This document shows, piece by piece, positions 14,501-27,300 of a DNA stretch of 64,000 bases; the stretch's first letter is position 1; every line of letters starts with the position of its first letter. This stretch comes from the human T2T-CHM13v2.0 reference genome, Homo sapiens. Made by a program: the position numbers and the translations under genes. The notes under the pieces are model-generated. The model was not told the origin of the DNA, did not search any database, and worked only from the letters and a program-made list of their open reading frames with translations. The DNA is taken from the NCBI RefSeq assembly GCF_009914755.1, contig NC_060948.1; one strand, 5' to 3'.

Positions 14501-15300
14501 GGAACGGAATGGACTCGAAGGGAAAAGACTGCAATGGAAAGGTCTCGAATGGAATGGAAATTAATGGAATGGAATGGAATCGAATGAAATGGAGTCAAAA
14601 GGAATGGAATCGAATGGCAAGAAATCGAATGTAATGGAATCGCAAGGAATTGATGTGAACGGAACGGAATCGAATGGAATCCAAAGGAATGGAATAGAAT
14701 GGAATGGAATCGAATGGAAAGGACTCGAATGGAAATCACTCGAATAGAATGCAATTTAATAAAATAGGATCAAATGTAATGGAATGGAATGGAAAGGAAT
14801 CGAAACGAAAGGAATGGAGACAGATGGAATGGAATGGAACAGAGAGCAATGGTATAGAATGGAATGGAATCATCTGGAATGGAATTGAATGGAATGGAAT
14901 AATATGAAATGGAATGGAATGGAATGGAATGCCCTTGAATTAAATGGACTGGAATGGAATGGACTCAAACAGAGTGGAATGGAAAGTGTTGAAATAGAAT
15001 GGAATGGACTCGTTTGGAATGGTCTAGTATGCAATGCAATCGACTGGCAGGGAATCAAGAGGAATGTAATCGAATGGATTGGACTGGAATGCAATGGACT
15101 CGAATAGATTGGAAACGGAATTCAAAGGAATGGAATGGAATAGTATGGAATGGAATGGAAAGGAATGGAGTGGAATAGACTAGAGTGGAATGGAATGGAC
15201 TCGAAAGCAATGGACTGGAATGGAACTTTCTTGAATGGACTGGAATCAAACGGAATGGAATGCAATGCAATCAAATGGCATGGAATAAAATAGAATGAAA
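5570..15300 (+). repeat. Local DYZ1 subfamily run (~3 units) marked by SalI gain, extra EcoRI site and a 15-bp deletion
   Basis: GTCGAC at 7356, 10890, 14424; extra GAATTC at 7179, 10733, 14267; loss of the CGTAC-containing 15 bp at ~6895, ~10450, ~13985. Boundaries are approximate. Confidence 0.85.
6332..6485 (+). other. DYZ1 diagnostic segment (target of the classic Y1.1/Y1.2 sexing PCR, 154 bp), one copy per unit
   Basis: Seen: TTGAATGGAATGGGAACGAATGG at 6332 and GGACAGGCCTGGAATAAAGTGGA ending at 6485, spanning 154 bp with an internal EcoRI site. These match the Y1.2 primer and the reverse complement of Y1.1 as I recall them; I could not check a database. Confidence 0.8.
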
Positions 15301-17694
15301 GAGAATCAAATGGAATTGAATCGAATGGAATCGAATGGATTGGAAAGGAATAGAATGGAATGGAATGGAATTGACTCAAATGGAATGGACTAGAATGGAA
15401 TGGATTCGAATGGAAGGCAAAGGAATGGAATCTATTGGAATGGACTGTAATGGAATGGAATGGAAGGGATTGGAATGGACTCGAATGGAATGGACTGCAA
15501 TAGAAAGGATTCGAATGGAATGAAAAAGAATTGAATGGAATAGAACAGAATGGAATCAAATCGAATGAAATGGAATGGAATAGAAAGGAATGGAATGAAA
15601 TGGAATGGAAAGGATTCGAATGGAATGCAATCGAATGGAATGGAATCGAACGGAATGGAATAAAATGGAAGAAAACTGGCAAGAAATGGAATCGAAATGA
15701 ATGGAGTGTTATGGAACGGACTCAAAAGGAATTGAATGTAATAGAATGGAGTGGAGTGGACTCGAATATAATGGACTGGAATGGAATGAAATCACATGGA
15801 ATGGGAACGAATGGAATGGAATGGAAAGGAATAGAATCGAATGGAAAGGAATCGAATGGAAGGGAATGAAATTGAATCAACAGGAATGGAAGGGAATAGA
15901 ATAGACGGTAATGGAATGGACTCGAATAGAATGGACACGAATGCTCAAATTGAATGGACTCGAATGGAATGGAAACGAAAGGAATGTCATCGAATGGAAT
16001 TGAATCGATTGGAATGAAATCGCATAGAATGGAGTGGAATCAAATGGAATTGAATCAAAAGGAAAGGAAGCCAATGGACTGAAATGAAATGGAATGGAAT
16101 GGAATGGAAAGTAATGCAATGGAATAGAATGGAACGAAATTTCACGGAATGGAATGAAACTGAATGGAATCAAATCAATGGAATCTAATCAAGTGGAATG
16201 GAAAGGAATTGAATGGAGTAGATTGGATTGGATGGGATTGGAATGAAATGTACTGGAAAGGACTCGAATTTCATGAAACGGAATGGAATGAATTGGAACG
16301 GAATGGACTCGAATGGAATGGAATGTCATGGAATGGCATCAAATGGAATGGCATCAAATGGAATGGAATCGAATGCAATTGAATGCTATGGAATGGAATG
16401 GAATGCATTGGAATGGAATGTTCTCTAATGGAATGGATTCGAGTGGAATGGAATCGAATATAATGGAGTCGAATGAAATGGAATTGAAAGGAATGGGATC
16501 GAATACAATGGAATATACTGGAATGTAATGTAATGAACTTGAATGTAATTGACTGGAATGGAATGTACATGAATGGAATGTAATCGAATGGAAAGTAATC
16601 CAATGGAATAGAATCTAATGCAATAAAATCGACTCAGATAGAGTAGAATGTAATGGAATGGAGTGCAGTGCAATGGAATGGAATGGAATGGAATGCAATG
16701 GAATGGAATGGAATGGAATGGAATGGAATGGAATGGAATGGAATGGTGTGGAATGGATACTAATGGACTGGAGTGAAATGGACTGGAAATGAATGGACTC
16801 AAATTGAAAGGGCTCGAAAGGAATGGAGTCAAATGGAATGGTCTGGAATGGAATGAACACGAATGTAATGCAATCCAATAGAATGGAATCGAATGGCATG
16901 GAATATAAAGAAATGGAATCGAAGAGAATGGAAATAAATGGAATGGAATTGAATGGAATGGAATTGAATGGAATGGGAACGAATGGAGTGAAATTGTATG
17001 CAGTAGAAGAGAATAGAATGGAATGCAAGCCAAAGGAAAGGAATGGATTGGAATGGAATGGAATTCATTGGAATGGAAGGGAATGTAGTGTAATGGACAG
17101 GCCTGGAATAAAGTGGAATGCTACGGTCTCGAATGGAATAAAAATGTATGGAATGGAATGCAATGAAACGGAATCGAATGTCATAGAATGTAATGGAATG
17201 CAAAAAAATGGAATCCAAAATCATTGACTGGAAAGGCTGGATGTCGAAAGGAATTGACTCCAATGGAATGGAATCGAATGGAATGGAAGTGAATAGAATC
17301 GAACTAAATCGAATGGAATGGAATTGATAGGAACGGAATGGAAAGGAATGCAATGATTTGGCATGGAATGGAAACGAATGGTATCTAATGGAATGGAATG
17401 GAATGTAATGGAATGGAATGTATTAGAATGTAATGAACTTTAATGGAATGTACTCGAATGGATTCGACTGGAATGGAATGTTCTGGAAGTGAATGGACTC
17501 CAATGGAATGGATTGAAACGGAATGGAATCGTACGGAATGGAATCTAATGGAATGGAATTAAATGGAAATGAATCAAATTGAATAGAACGGAATTGAATT
17601 GAATGGAATGGAATGCAATGGAATCTAATGAAACGGAAAGGAAAGGAATGGAATGGAATGGAATGGGCTGGAATGGAAAGGAATCGAAACGAAT

Positions 17695-20600
17695 GGAATG
17701 GAATCGAACTGAAGGGACTGGAATGGAATGCACTGGAATGGAAGGGAGTGTAATGGAAGGTTCTCGAAAAAAATGGAATCGAATGGAATGGAATTGAATG
17801 GAACGGAATAGAGTCGAATGGAATTGAATGGAATGGAATGGACTAGAGTGAAATGGAATCGAACCACAAGGAATGGACAGGAATAGAATGGTCTCGAATT
17901 GAATGGAATCGTATGGAATGGCATCAAACGGAATGGAATGGACAGCCACGGAATGGAATGCACTCGAATGCAATGGAGTCGAAACTAATGGATGGAATAG
18001 AATGGACTTGACTGGTACGGACTCCAATGGAATGGAATCGAATGGAAGGGAATCGAACGGAATGGACTCGAAGGGAAAAGACTGCAATGGAAAGGTCTCC
18101 AATGGAATGGAAATTAATGGAATGGAATGGAATCGAATGAAATGGAGTCAAAAGGAATGGAATCGAATGGCAAGAAATCGAATGTAATGGAATCGCAAGG
18201 AATTGATGTGAACTGAACGGAATGGAATGGAATCCAAAGGAATGGAATAGAATGGAATGGAATCGAATGGAAAGGACTCGAATGGAAATCACTCGAATAG
18301 AATGCAATTTAATAAAATAGGATTAAATGTAATGGAATGGAATGGAAAGGAATCGAAACGAAAGGAATGGAGACAGATGGAATGGAATGGAACAGAGAGC
18401 AATGGTATAGAATGGAATGGAATCATCTGGAATGGAATTGAATGGAATGGAATAATATGAAATGGAATGGAATGGAATGGAATGGAATGCCCTTGAATTA
18501 AATGGACTGGAATGGAATGGACTCGAACAGAGTGGAATGGAAAGTGTTGAGATAGAATGGAATGGACTCCTTCGGAATGGTGTAGTATGCAATGCAATCG
18601 ACTGGCAGGGAATCAAAAGGAATGTAATGGAATGGATTGGACTGGAATGCAATGGACTCGAATAGATTGGAAACGGAATGCAAAGGAATGGAATGGAATA
18701 GTATGGAATGGAATGGAAAGGAATGGAGTGGAATAGACTAGAGTGGAATGGAATGGACTGGAAAGCAATGGACTGGAATGGAACTTTCTTGAATGGACTG
18801 GAATCAAACGGAATGGAATGCAATGCAATCAAATGGCATAGAATAAGATAGAATGAAAGAGAATCAAATGGAATTGAATGGAATGGAATCAAATGGATTG
18901 GAAAGGAATAGAATGGAATGGAATGGAATTGACTCAAATGGAATGGACTAGAATGGAATGGATTCGAATGGAAGGCAAAGGAATGGAATCTATTGGAATG
19001 TACTGTAATGGAATGCAATGGAAGGGATTGGAATGGACTCGAATGGAATGGACTGCAATAGAAAGGATTCGAATGGAATGAAAAAGAATTGAATGGAATA
19101 GAACAGAATGGAATCAAATCGAATGAAATGGAATGGAATAGAAAGGAATGGAATGAAATGGAATGGAAAGGATTCGAATGGAATGCAAACGAATGGAATG
19201 GAATCGAACGGAATGGAATAAAATGGAAGAAAACTGGCAAGAAATGGAATCGAAATGAATGGAGTGTTATGGAAGGGACTCAAAAGGAATTGAATGTAAT
19301 AGAATGGAGTGGAGTGGACTCGAATATAATGGACTGGAATGGAATGAAATCACATGGAATGGGAACGAATGGAATGGAATGGAAAGGAATGGAATCGAAT
19401 GGAAAGGAATCGATTGGAAGGGAATGAAATTGAACCAACAGGAATGGAAGGGATTAGAATAGACCGTAATGGAATGGACTCGAATAGAATGGACACGAAT
19501 GCTCAAATTGAATGGACTCGAATGGAATGGAAACGAAAGGAATGTCATCGAATGGAATTGAATCGATTGGAATGAAATCGCATAGAATGGAGTGGAATCA
19601 AATGGAATTGAATCGAAAGGAAAGGAAGCGAATGGACTGAAATGAAATGGAATGGAATTGAATGGAAAGTAATGCAATGGAATAGAATGGAACGAAATTT
19701 CACGGAATGGAATCAAACTGAATGGAATCAAATCAATGGAATCAAATCAAATGGAATGGAAAGGAATTGAATGGAGTAGATTGGATTGGATGGGATTGGA
19801 ATGAAATGTACTGGAAAGGACTCGAATTTCATGAAACGGAATGGAATGAATTGGAACGGAATGGACTCGAATGGAATGGAATGTCACGGAATGGCATCAA
19901 ATGGAATGGCATCAAATGGAATGGAATCGAATGCAATGGAATGCTATGGAATGGAATGGAATGCATTGGAATGGAATGTCCTCTAATGGAATGGATTCGA
20001 GTGGAATGGAATCGAATATAATGGAGTCGAATGAAATGGAATTGAAAAGAATGGGATCGAATACAATGGAATATACTGGAATGTAATGTAATGAACACGA
20101 ATGTAATTGTCTGGAATGGAATGTATATGAATGGAATGTAATCGAATGGAAAGTAATCCAATGGAATAGAATCTAATGCAATAAAATCGACTCAGATAGA
20201 GTAGAATGTAATGGAATGGAGTGCAGTGCAATGGAATGGAATGGAATGGAATGCAATGGAATGGAATGGAATGGAATGGAATGGGATGGAATGGTATGGA
20301 ATGGATAGTAATGGACTGGAGTGAAATGGACTGGAAAGGAATGGACTCAAATTGAAAGGGCTCGAAAGGAATGGAGACAAACGGAATGGTCTGGAATGGA
20401 ATGAACACGAATGTAATGCAATCCAATAGAATGGAGTCGAATGGCATGGAATATAAAGAAATGGAATCGAAGAGAATAGAAACAAATGGAATGGAATTGA
20501 ATGGAATGGAATTGAATGGAATGGGAACGAATGGAGTGAAATTGTATGCACTAGAAGAGAATAGAATGGAATGCAAGTGAAAGGAAAGGAATGGATTGGA

Positions 20601-23100
20601 ATGGAAAGGAATTCATTGGAATGGAAGGGAATGTAGTGTAATGGACAGGCCTGGAATAAAGTGGAATGCTACGGTCTCGAGTGGAATAAAAATGTATGGA
20701 TTGGAATGCAATGAAACGGAATCGAATGTCATAGAATGTAATGGAATGCAAAAAAATGGAATCCAAAATCATTGACTGGAAAGGCTGGGTGTCGAAAGGA
20801 ATTGACTCCAATGGAATGGAATCGAATGGAATGGAAGTGAATAGAATCGAACTAAATCGAATGGAATGGAATTGATAGGAACGGAATGGAAAGGAATGCA
20901 ATGATTTGGCATGGAATGGAATCGAATGGCATCGAATGGAATGGAATGGAATGCAATGGAATGGAATGTATTAGAATGTAATGAACTTTAATGGAATGTA
21001 CTCGAAAGGATTTGACTGGAATGGAATGTTCTGGAAGTGAATGGACTCCAATGGAATGGATTCGAAAGGAATGGAATCGTACGGAATGGAATCTAATGGA
21101 ATGGAATTAAATGGAAATGAATCAAATTGAATAGCACGGAATTGAATTGAATGGAATGGAATGCAATGGAATCTAATGAAACGGAAAGGAAAGGAATGCA
21201 ATGGAATGGAATGGGCTGGAATGGAAAGGAATCGAAACGAATGGAATGGAATCGAACTGAAGAGACTGGAATGGAATGCACTGGAATGGAAGGGAGTGTA
21301 ATGGAATGTTCTCGAAAAAAATGGAATCGAATGGAATGGAATTGAGTGGAACGGAATAGAGTCGAATGGAATTGAATGGAATGGAATGGACTAGAGTGAA
21401 ATGGAATCGAACCACAAGGAATGGACAGGAATAGAATGGTCTCGAATTGAATGGAATCGTATGGAATGGCATCAAACGGAATGGAATGGACAGCCACGGA
21501 ATGGAATGCACTCGAATGCAATGGAGTCGAAACTAATGGACTGGAATAGAATGGACTCGACTGGTACGGACTCCAATGGAATGGAATCGAATGGAAGGGA
21601 ATCGAACGGAATGGACTCGAAGGGAAAAGACTGCAATGGAACGGTCTCGAATGGAATGGAAATTAATGGAATGGAATGGAATCGAATGAAATGGAGTCAA
21701 AAGGAATGGAATCGAATGGCAAGAAATCGAATGTAATGGAATCGCAAGGAATTGATGTGAACGGAACGGAATGGAATGGAATCCAAAGGAATGGAATAGA
21801 ATGGAATGGAATCGAATGGAAAGGACTCGAATGGAAATCACTCGAATAGAATGCAATTTAATAAAATAGGATCAAATGTAATGGAATGGAATGGAAAGGA
21901 ATCGAAACGAAAGGAATGGAGACAGATGGAATGGAATGGAACAGATAGCAATGGTATACAATGGAATGGAATCATCTGGAATGGAATTGAATGGAATGGA
22001 ATAATATGAAATGGAATGGAATGGAATGGAATGGAATGCCCTTGAATTAAATGGACTGGACTCGAACAGAGTGGAATGGAAAGTGTTGAGATAGAATGGA
22101 ATGGACTCCTTTGGAATGGTCTAGTATGCAATGCAATCGACTGGCAGGGAATCAAAAGGAATGTAATGGAATTGATTGGACTGGAATGCAATGGACTCGA
22201 ATAGATTGGAAACGGAATGCAAAGGAATGGAATGGAATAGTATGGAATGGAATGGAAAGGAATGGAGTGGAATAGACTAGAGTGGAATGGAATGGACTGG
22301 AAAGCAATGGACTGGAATGAAACTTTCTTGAATGGACTGGAATCAAACGGAATGGAATGCAATGCAATCAAATTTCATGGAATAAGATAGAATGAAAGAG
22401 AATCAAATGGAATTGAATCGAATGGAATCGAATGGATTGGAAAGGAAGAGAATGGAATGGAATGGAATTGACTCAAATGGAATGGACTAGAATGGAATGG
22501 ATTCGAATGGAAGGCAAAGGAATGGAATCTATTGGAATGGACTGTAATGGAATGGAATGGAAGGGATTGGAATGGACTCGAATGGAATGGACTGCAATAG
22601 AAAGGATTCGAATGGAATGAAAAAGAATTGAATGGAATAGAACAGAATGGAATCAAATCGAATGAAATGGAATGGAATAGAAAGGAATGGAATGAAATGG
22701 AATGGAAAGGATTCGAATGGAATGCAATCGAATGGAATGGAATCGAACGGAATGGAATAAAATGGAAGAAAACTGGCAAGAAATGGAATCGAAATGAATG
22801 GAGTGTTATGGAACGGACTCAAAAGGAATTGAATGTAATAGAATGGAGTGGAGTGGACTCGAATATAATGGACTGGAATGGAATGAAATCACATGGAATG
22901 GGAACGAATGGAATGGAAAGGAATGGAATCGAATGTAAAGGAATCGAACGGAAGGGAATGAAATTGAATCAACAGGAATGGAAGGGAATAGAATAGACTG
23001 TAATGGAATGGACACGAATAGAATGGACACGAATGCTCAAATTGAATGGACTCGAATGGAATGGAAAGGAAAGGAAAGTCATCGAATGGAATTGAATCGA
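17695..23100 (+). repeat. Second copy of a >=5.4 kb segment duplicated at 5-unit distance (first copy 1..~5400)
   Basis: More than a dozen private variants shared in the same order at offset 17,694-17,704; ORF 209..493 is identical to ORF 17903..18187. End points are approximate. Confidence 0.85.
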
Positions 23101-24399
23101 TTGGAATGAAATCGCATAGAATGGAGTGGAATCAAATGGAATTGAATCGAAAGGAAAGGAAGCGAATGGACTGAAATGAAATGGAATGGAATTGAATGGA
23201 AAGTAATGCAATGGAATAGAATGGAACGAAATTTCACGGAATGGAATCAAACTGAATGGAATCAAATCAATGGAATCTAATCAAATGGAATGGAAAGGAA
23301 TTGAATGGAGTATATTGGATTGGATGGGATTGGAATGAAATGTACTGGAAAGGACTCGAATTTCATGAAACGGAATGGAATGAATTGGAACGGAATGGAC
23401 TCGAATGGAATGGAATGACATGGAATGGCATCAAATGGAATGGCATCAAATGGAATGGAATCGAATACAATGGAATGCTATGGAATGGAATGGAATGCAT
23501 TGGAATGGAATGTCCTCTAATGGAATGGATTCGAGTGGAATGGAATCGAATATAATGGAGTCGAATGAAATGGAATTGAAAGGAATGGGATCGAATAGAA
23601 TGGAATATACTGGAATGTAATGTAATGAACTCGAATGTAATTGACTGGAATGGAATGTACATGAATGGAATGTAATCGAATGGAAAGTAATCCAATGGAA
23701 TAGAATCTAATGCAATAAAATCGACTCAGATAGAGTAGAATGTAATGGAATGGAGTGCAGTGCAATGGAATGGAATGGAATGGAATGCAATGGAATGGAA
23801 TGGAATGGAATGGAATGGAATGGAATGGGATGGAATGGGATGGAATGGTATGGAATGGATAGTAATGGACTGGAGTGAAATGGACTGGAAAGGAATGGAC
23901 TCAAATTGAAAGGGCTCGAAAGGAATGGAGACAAATGAAATGGTCTGGAATGGAATGAACACGAATGTAATGCAATCCAATAGAATGGAGTCGAATGGCA
24001 TGGAATATAAAGAAATGGAATCGAAGAGAATGGAAACAAATGGAATGGAATTGAATGGAATGGAATTGAATGGAATGGGAACGAATGGAGTGAAATTGTA
24101 TGCAGTAGAAGAGAATAGAATGGAATTCAAGCGAAAGGAAAGGAATGGATTGGAATGGAATAGAATTCATTGGAATGGAAGGGAATGTAGTGTAATGGAC
24201 AGGCCTGGAATAAAGTGGAATGCTACGGTCTCGAATGGAATAAAAATGTATGGAATGGAATGCAATGAAACGGAATCGAATGTCATCGAATGTAATGGAA
24301 TGCAAAAAAATGGACTCCAAAATCATTGACTGGAAAGGCTGGGTGTCGAAAGGAATTGACTCCAATGGAATGGAATCGAATGGAATGGAAGTGAATAGA

Positions 24400-27300
24400 A
24401 TCAAACTAAATCGAATGGAATGGAATTGATAGGAACGGAATGGAAAGGAATGCAATGATTTGGCATGGAATGGAATCGAATGGCATCAAATGGAATGGAA
24501 TGGAATGCAATGGAATGGAATGTATTAGAATATAATGAACTTTAATGGAATGTACTCGAATGGATTCGACTGGAATGGAATGTTCTGGAAGTGAATGGAC
24601 TCCAATGGAATGGATTCCAAAGGAATGGAATCGTACGGAATGGAATCTAATGGAATGGAATTAAATGGAAATGAATCAAATTGAATAGCACGGAATTGAA
24701 TTGAATGGAATGGAATGCAATGGAATCTAATGAAACGGAAAGGAAAGGAATGCAATGGAATGGAATGGGCTGGAATGGAAAGGAATCGAAACGAATGGAA
24801 TGGAATCGAACTGAAGAGACTGGAATGGAAAGCACTGGAATGGAAGGGAGTGTAATGGAAGGTTCTCGAAAAAAATGGAATCGAATGGAATGCAATTGAA
24901 TGGAACGGAATAGAGTCGAATGCAATTGAATGGAATGGAATGGACTAGAGTGAAATGGAATCGAACCACAAGGAATGGACAGGAATAGAATGGTCTCGAA
25001 TTGAATGGAATCGTATGGAATGGCATCAAACGAAATGGAATGGACAGCCACGGAATGGAATGCACTCGAATGCAATGGAGTCGAAACTAATGGACTGGAA
25101 TAGAATGGACTCGACTGGTAAGGACTCCAATGGAATGGAATCGAATGGAAGGGAAACGAACGGAATGGACTCGAAGGGAAAAGACTGCAATGGAAAGGTC
25201 TCGAATGGAATGGAAATTAATGGAATGGAATGGAATCCAATGAAATGGAGTCAAAAGGAATGGAATCGAATGGCAAGAAATCGAATGTAATGGAATCGCA
25301 AGGAATTGATGTGAACGGAACGGAATGGAATGGAATCCAAAGGAATGGAATAGAATGGAATGGAATCGAATGGAAAGGACTCGAATGGAAATCACTCGAA
25401 TAGAATGCAATTTAATAAAATAGGATCAAATGTAATGGAATGGAATGGAAAGGAATCGAAACGAAAGGAATGGAGACCGATGGAATGGAATGGAACAGAG
25501 AGCAATGGTATAGAATGGAATGGAATCATCTGGAATGGAATTGAATGGAATGGAATAATATGAAATGGAATGGAATGGAATGGAATGGAATGCCCTTGAA
25601 TTAAATGGACTGGAATGGAATGGACTCGAACAGAGTGGAATGGAAAGTGTTGAGATAGAATGGAATGGACTCCTTTGGAATGGTGTAGTATGCAATGTAA
25701 TCGACTGGCAGGGAATCAAAAGGAATGTAATCGAATGGATTGGACTGGAATGCAATGGACTCGAATAGATTGGAAACGGAATGCAAAGGAATGGAATGGA
25801 ATAGTATGGAATGGAATGGAAAGGAATGGAGTGGAATAGACTAGAGTGGAATGGAATGGACTGGAAAGCAATGGACTGGAATGGAACTTTCTTGAATGGA
25901 CTGGAATCAAACGGAATGGAATGCAATGCAATCAAATGGCATGGAATAAAATAGAATGAAAGAGAATCAAATGGAATTGAATCGAATGGAATCGAATGGA
26001 TTGGAAAGGAATAGAATGGAATGGAATGGAATTGACTCAAATGGAATGGACTAGAATGGAATGGATTCGAATGGAAGGCAAAGGAATGGAATCTATTGGA
26101 ATGGACTGTAATGGAATGGAATGGAAGGGATTGGAATGGACTCGAATGGAATGGACTGCAATAGAAAGGATTCGAATGGAATGAAAAAGAATTGAATGGA
26201 ATAGAACAGAATGGAATCAAATCGAATGAAATGGAATGGAATAGAAAGGAATGGAATGAAATGGAATGGAAAGGATTCGAATGGAATGCAATCGAATGGA
26301 ATGGAATCGAACGGAATGGAATAAAATGGAAGAAAACTGGCAAGAAATGGAATCGAAATGAATGGAGTGTTATGGAACGGACTCAAAAGGAATTGAATGT
26401 AATAGAATGGAGTGGAGTGGACTCGAATATAATGGACTGGAATGGAATGAAATCACATGGAATGGGAACGAATGGAATGGAATGGAAAGGAATGGAATGG
26501 AATGGAAAGGAATCGAATGGAAGGGAATGAAATTGAATCAACAGGAATGGAAGGGAATAGAATAGACGGTAATGGAATGGACTCGAATAGAATGGACACG
26601 AATGCTCAAATTGAATGGACTCGAAAGGAATGGAAAGGAAAGGAATGTCATCGAATGGAATTGAATCGATTGGAATGAAATCGCATAGAATGGAGTGGAA
26701 TCAAATGGAATTGAATCGAAAGGAAAGGAAGCGAATGGACTGAAATGAAATGGAATGGAATTGAATGGAAAGTAATGCAATGGAATAGAATGGAACGAAA
26801 TTTCACGGAATGGAATCAAACTGAATGGAATCAAATCAATGGAATCTAATCAAATGGAATGGAAAGGAATTGAATGGAGTAGATTGGATTGGATGGGATT
26901 GGAATGAAATGTACTGGAAAGGACTCGAATTTCATGAAACGGAATGGAATGAATTGGAACGGAATGGACTCGAATGGAATGGAATGTCATCGAATGGCAT
27001 CAAATGGAATGGCATCAAATGGAATGGAATCGAATGCAATGGAATGCTATGGAATGGAATGGAATGCATTGGAATGGAATGTCCTCTAATGGAATGGATT
27101 CGAGTGGAATGGAATCGAATATAATGGAGTCGAATGAAATGGAATTGAAAAGAATGGGATCGAATACAATGGAATATACTGGAATGTAATGTAATGAACT
27201 CGAATGTAATTGACTGGAATGGAATGTACATGAATGGAATGTAATCGAATAGAAAGTAATCCAATGGAATAGAATGTAATGCAATAAAATCGACTCAGAT

